From Carcharhinus amblyrhynchos (lineage: Eukaryota), in NCBI GenBank assembly GCA_965287045.1, contig OZ336878.1, forward strand, positions 53,134,001 through 53,198,000: a stretch of 64,000 nucleotides of DNA. Direction: 5' to 3'. Under the pieces are notes generated by a model. It was not told where the DNA came from. It saw only the letters and a program-made list of their open reading frames with translations, and searched no databases. The position numbers and the translations under genes are program-made. Below are positions 63,204 through 64,000 of the stretch, piece after piece; the first letter of the stretch is position 1, and each line of letters opens with the position of its first letter.

Positions 63204-64000
63204 CTGCACAAGGAGAAGGAGAAGAGGGAGTCTCGGTAGATAGGGCTGCTCTTTGATAGCATGGCCAGCCACAGAGGAGCCATCTCCCAGTCAAGAGAAC
63301 CTAGATGCAGTCAATGGGAAATACCACGAGCCTTTATCGCAAAAAAAAACCTCACAGGATATCAAGTTCCAAGAAGAGAGGATGATAACGATTTGACTGA
63401 ACAGCAGCATTCACCTTCACATATACCAAATAGCAACTGGCAAAATAAGCCAGTCAGCTGTGATAGCTTTACACAGAGAAAAGCACAGGTCCATTATTCT
63501 CCAAGTACTCGTTGTGCTGAAGACACGGTCCAAGTGCAAGTCAACAAGCAGAAGACCTTCCCCTCCAGACTTCACTCTGCTCTCTTTCTCTCTCTGTTCC
63601 CTAGTCTGGATAAATCACTAATACTATCTTTACTCCTCCCCTCCCGCCTCCCCTCCCTGCAGCTTAACACAAACGTCAAAGCATATCAACATACTGCCTA
63701 GGAAGGTTTAAGGTCAACTGGTTTGCCCATTAGCAAATTCTGGAACATTCATCAAACAGCAATGGTACTGATCCACTACTGCTCTTTTCAAAATAAAAAT
63801 ACAACTGAGTAATATAAATCGGGTAAAATTTAACAGTTGCTGACGAGCAGCTGCACTCTAGGATTTCAAAGCACAGATGTACCACAGAGGGTAGATCCTC
63901 AGTAGGCAAAATCTCCACTCCCTGCAGGATAATCCACTCAAGTATAGAATTATTGGAAACAATCCAAACAATTGTGGTTATTTCCCTAAAGACAATCAAA

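Noticed and set aside
63261-63701. 146-aa + strand ORF
   Set aside because: No recognisable similarity; more simply the antisense of a candidate promoter or 5'UTR region.

Overview
Eukaryotic genomic DNA, most likely from a shark or other cartilaginous fish (inferred from V-domain HE1-like SINEs, Deu-domain SINEs and dense CR1 LINEs). The window holds the 3' halves of two convergent genes. On + are the last four coding exons of AMPK beta subunit PRKAB2 (1502-12528). On - are at least 13 frame-consistent C-terminal exons of myomegalin PDE4DIP (63203 down to 22759), followed by several candidate alternative terminal exons (22242-17505). Introns are filled with CR1 LINEs, SINEs, Penelope-like termini and a Harbinger transposase relic. 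Most noteworthy observations: minimal hammerhead-ribozyme cores in Penelope-like fragments, one inside a ~160-nt hairpin; a CR1 nested in another CR1; young inverted CR1 copies bracketing an in-frame 255-nt exon pair (circRNA candidate); a possible internal promoter and alternative N-terminus of PDE4DIP; a frame-switching C-terminal cassette exon; a decayed exon; and a degenerate ~26-bp tandem array. All gene and family calls come from manual reading and recall of homologues, not from database searches.
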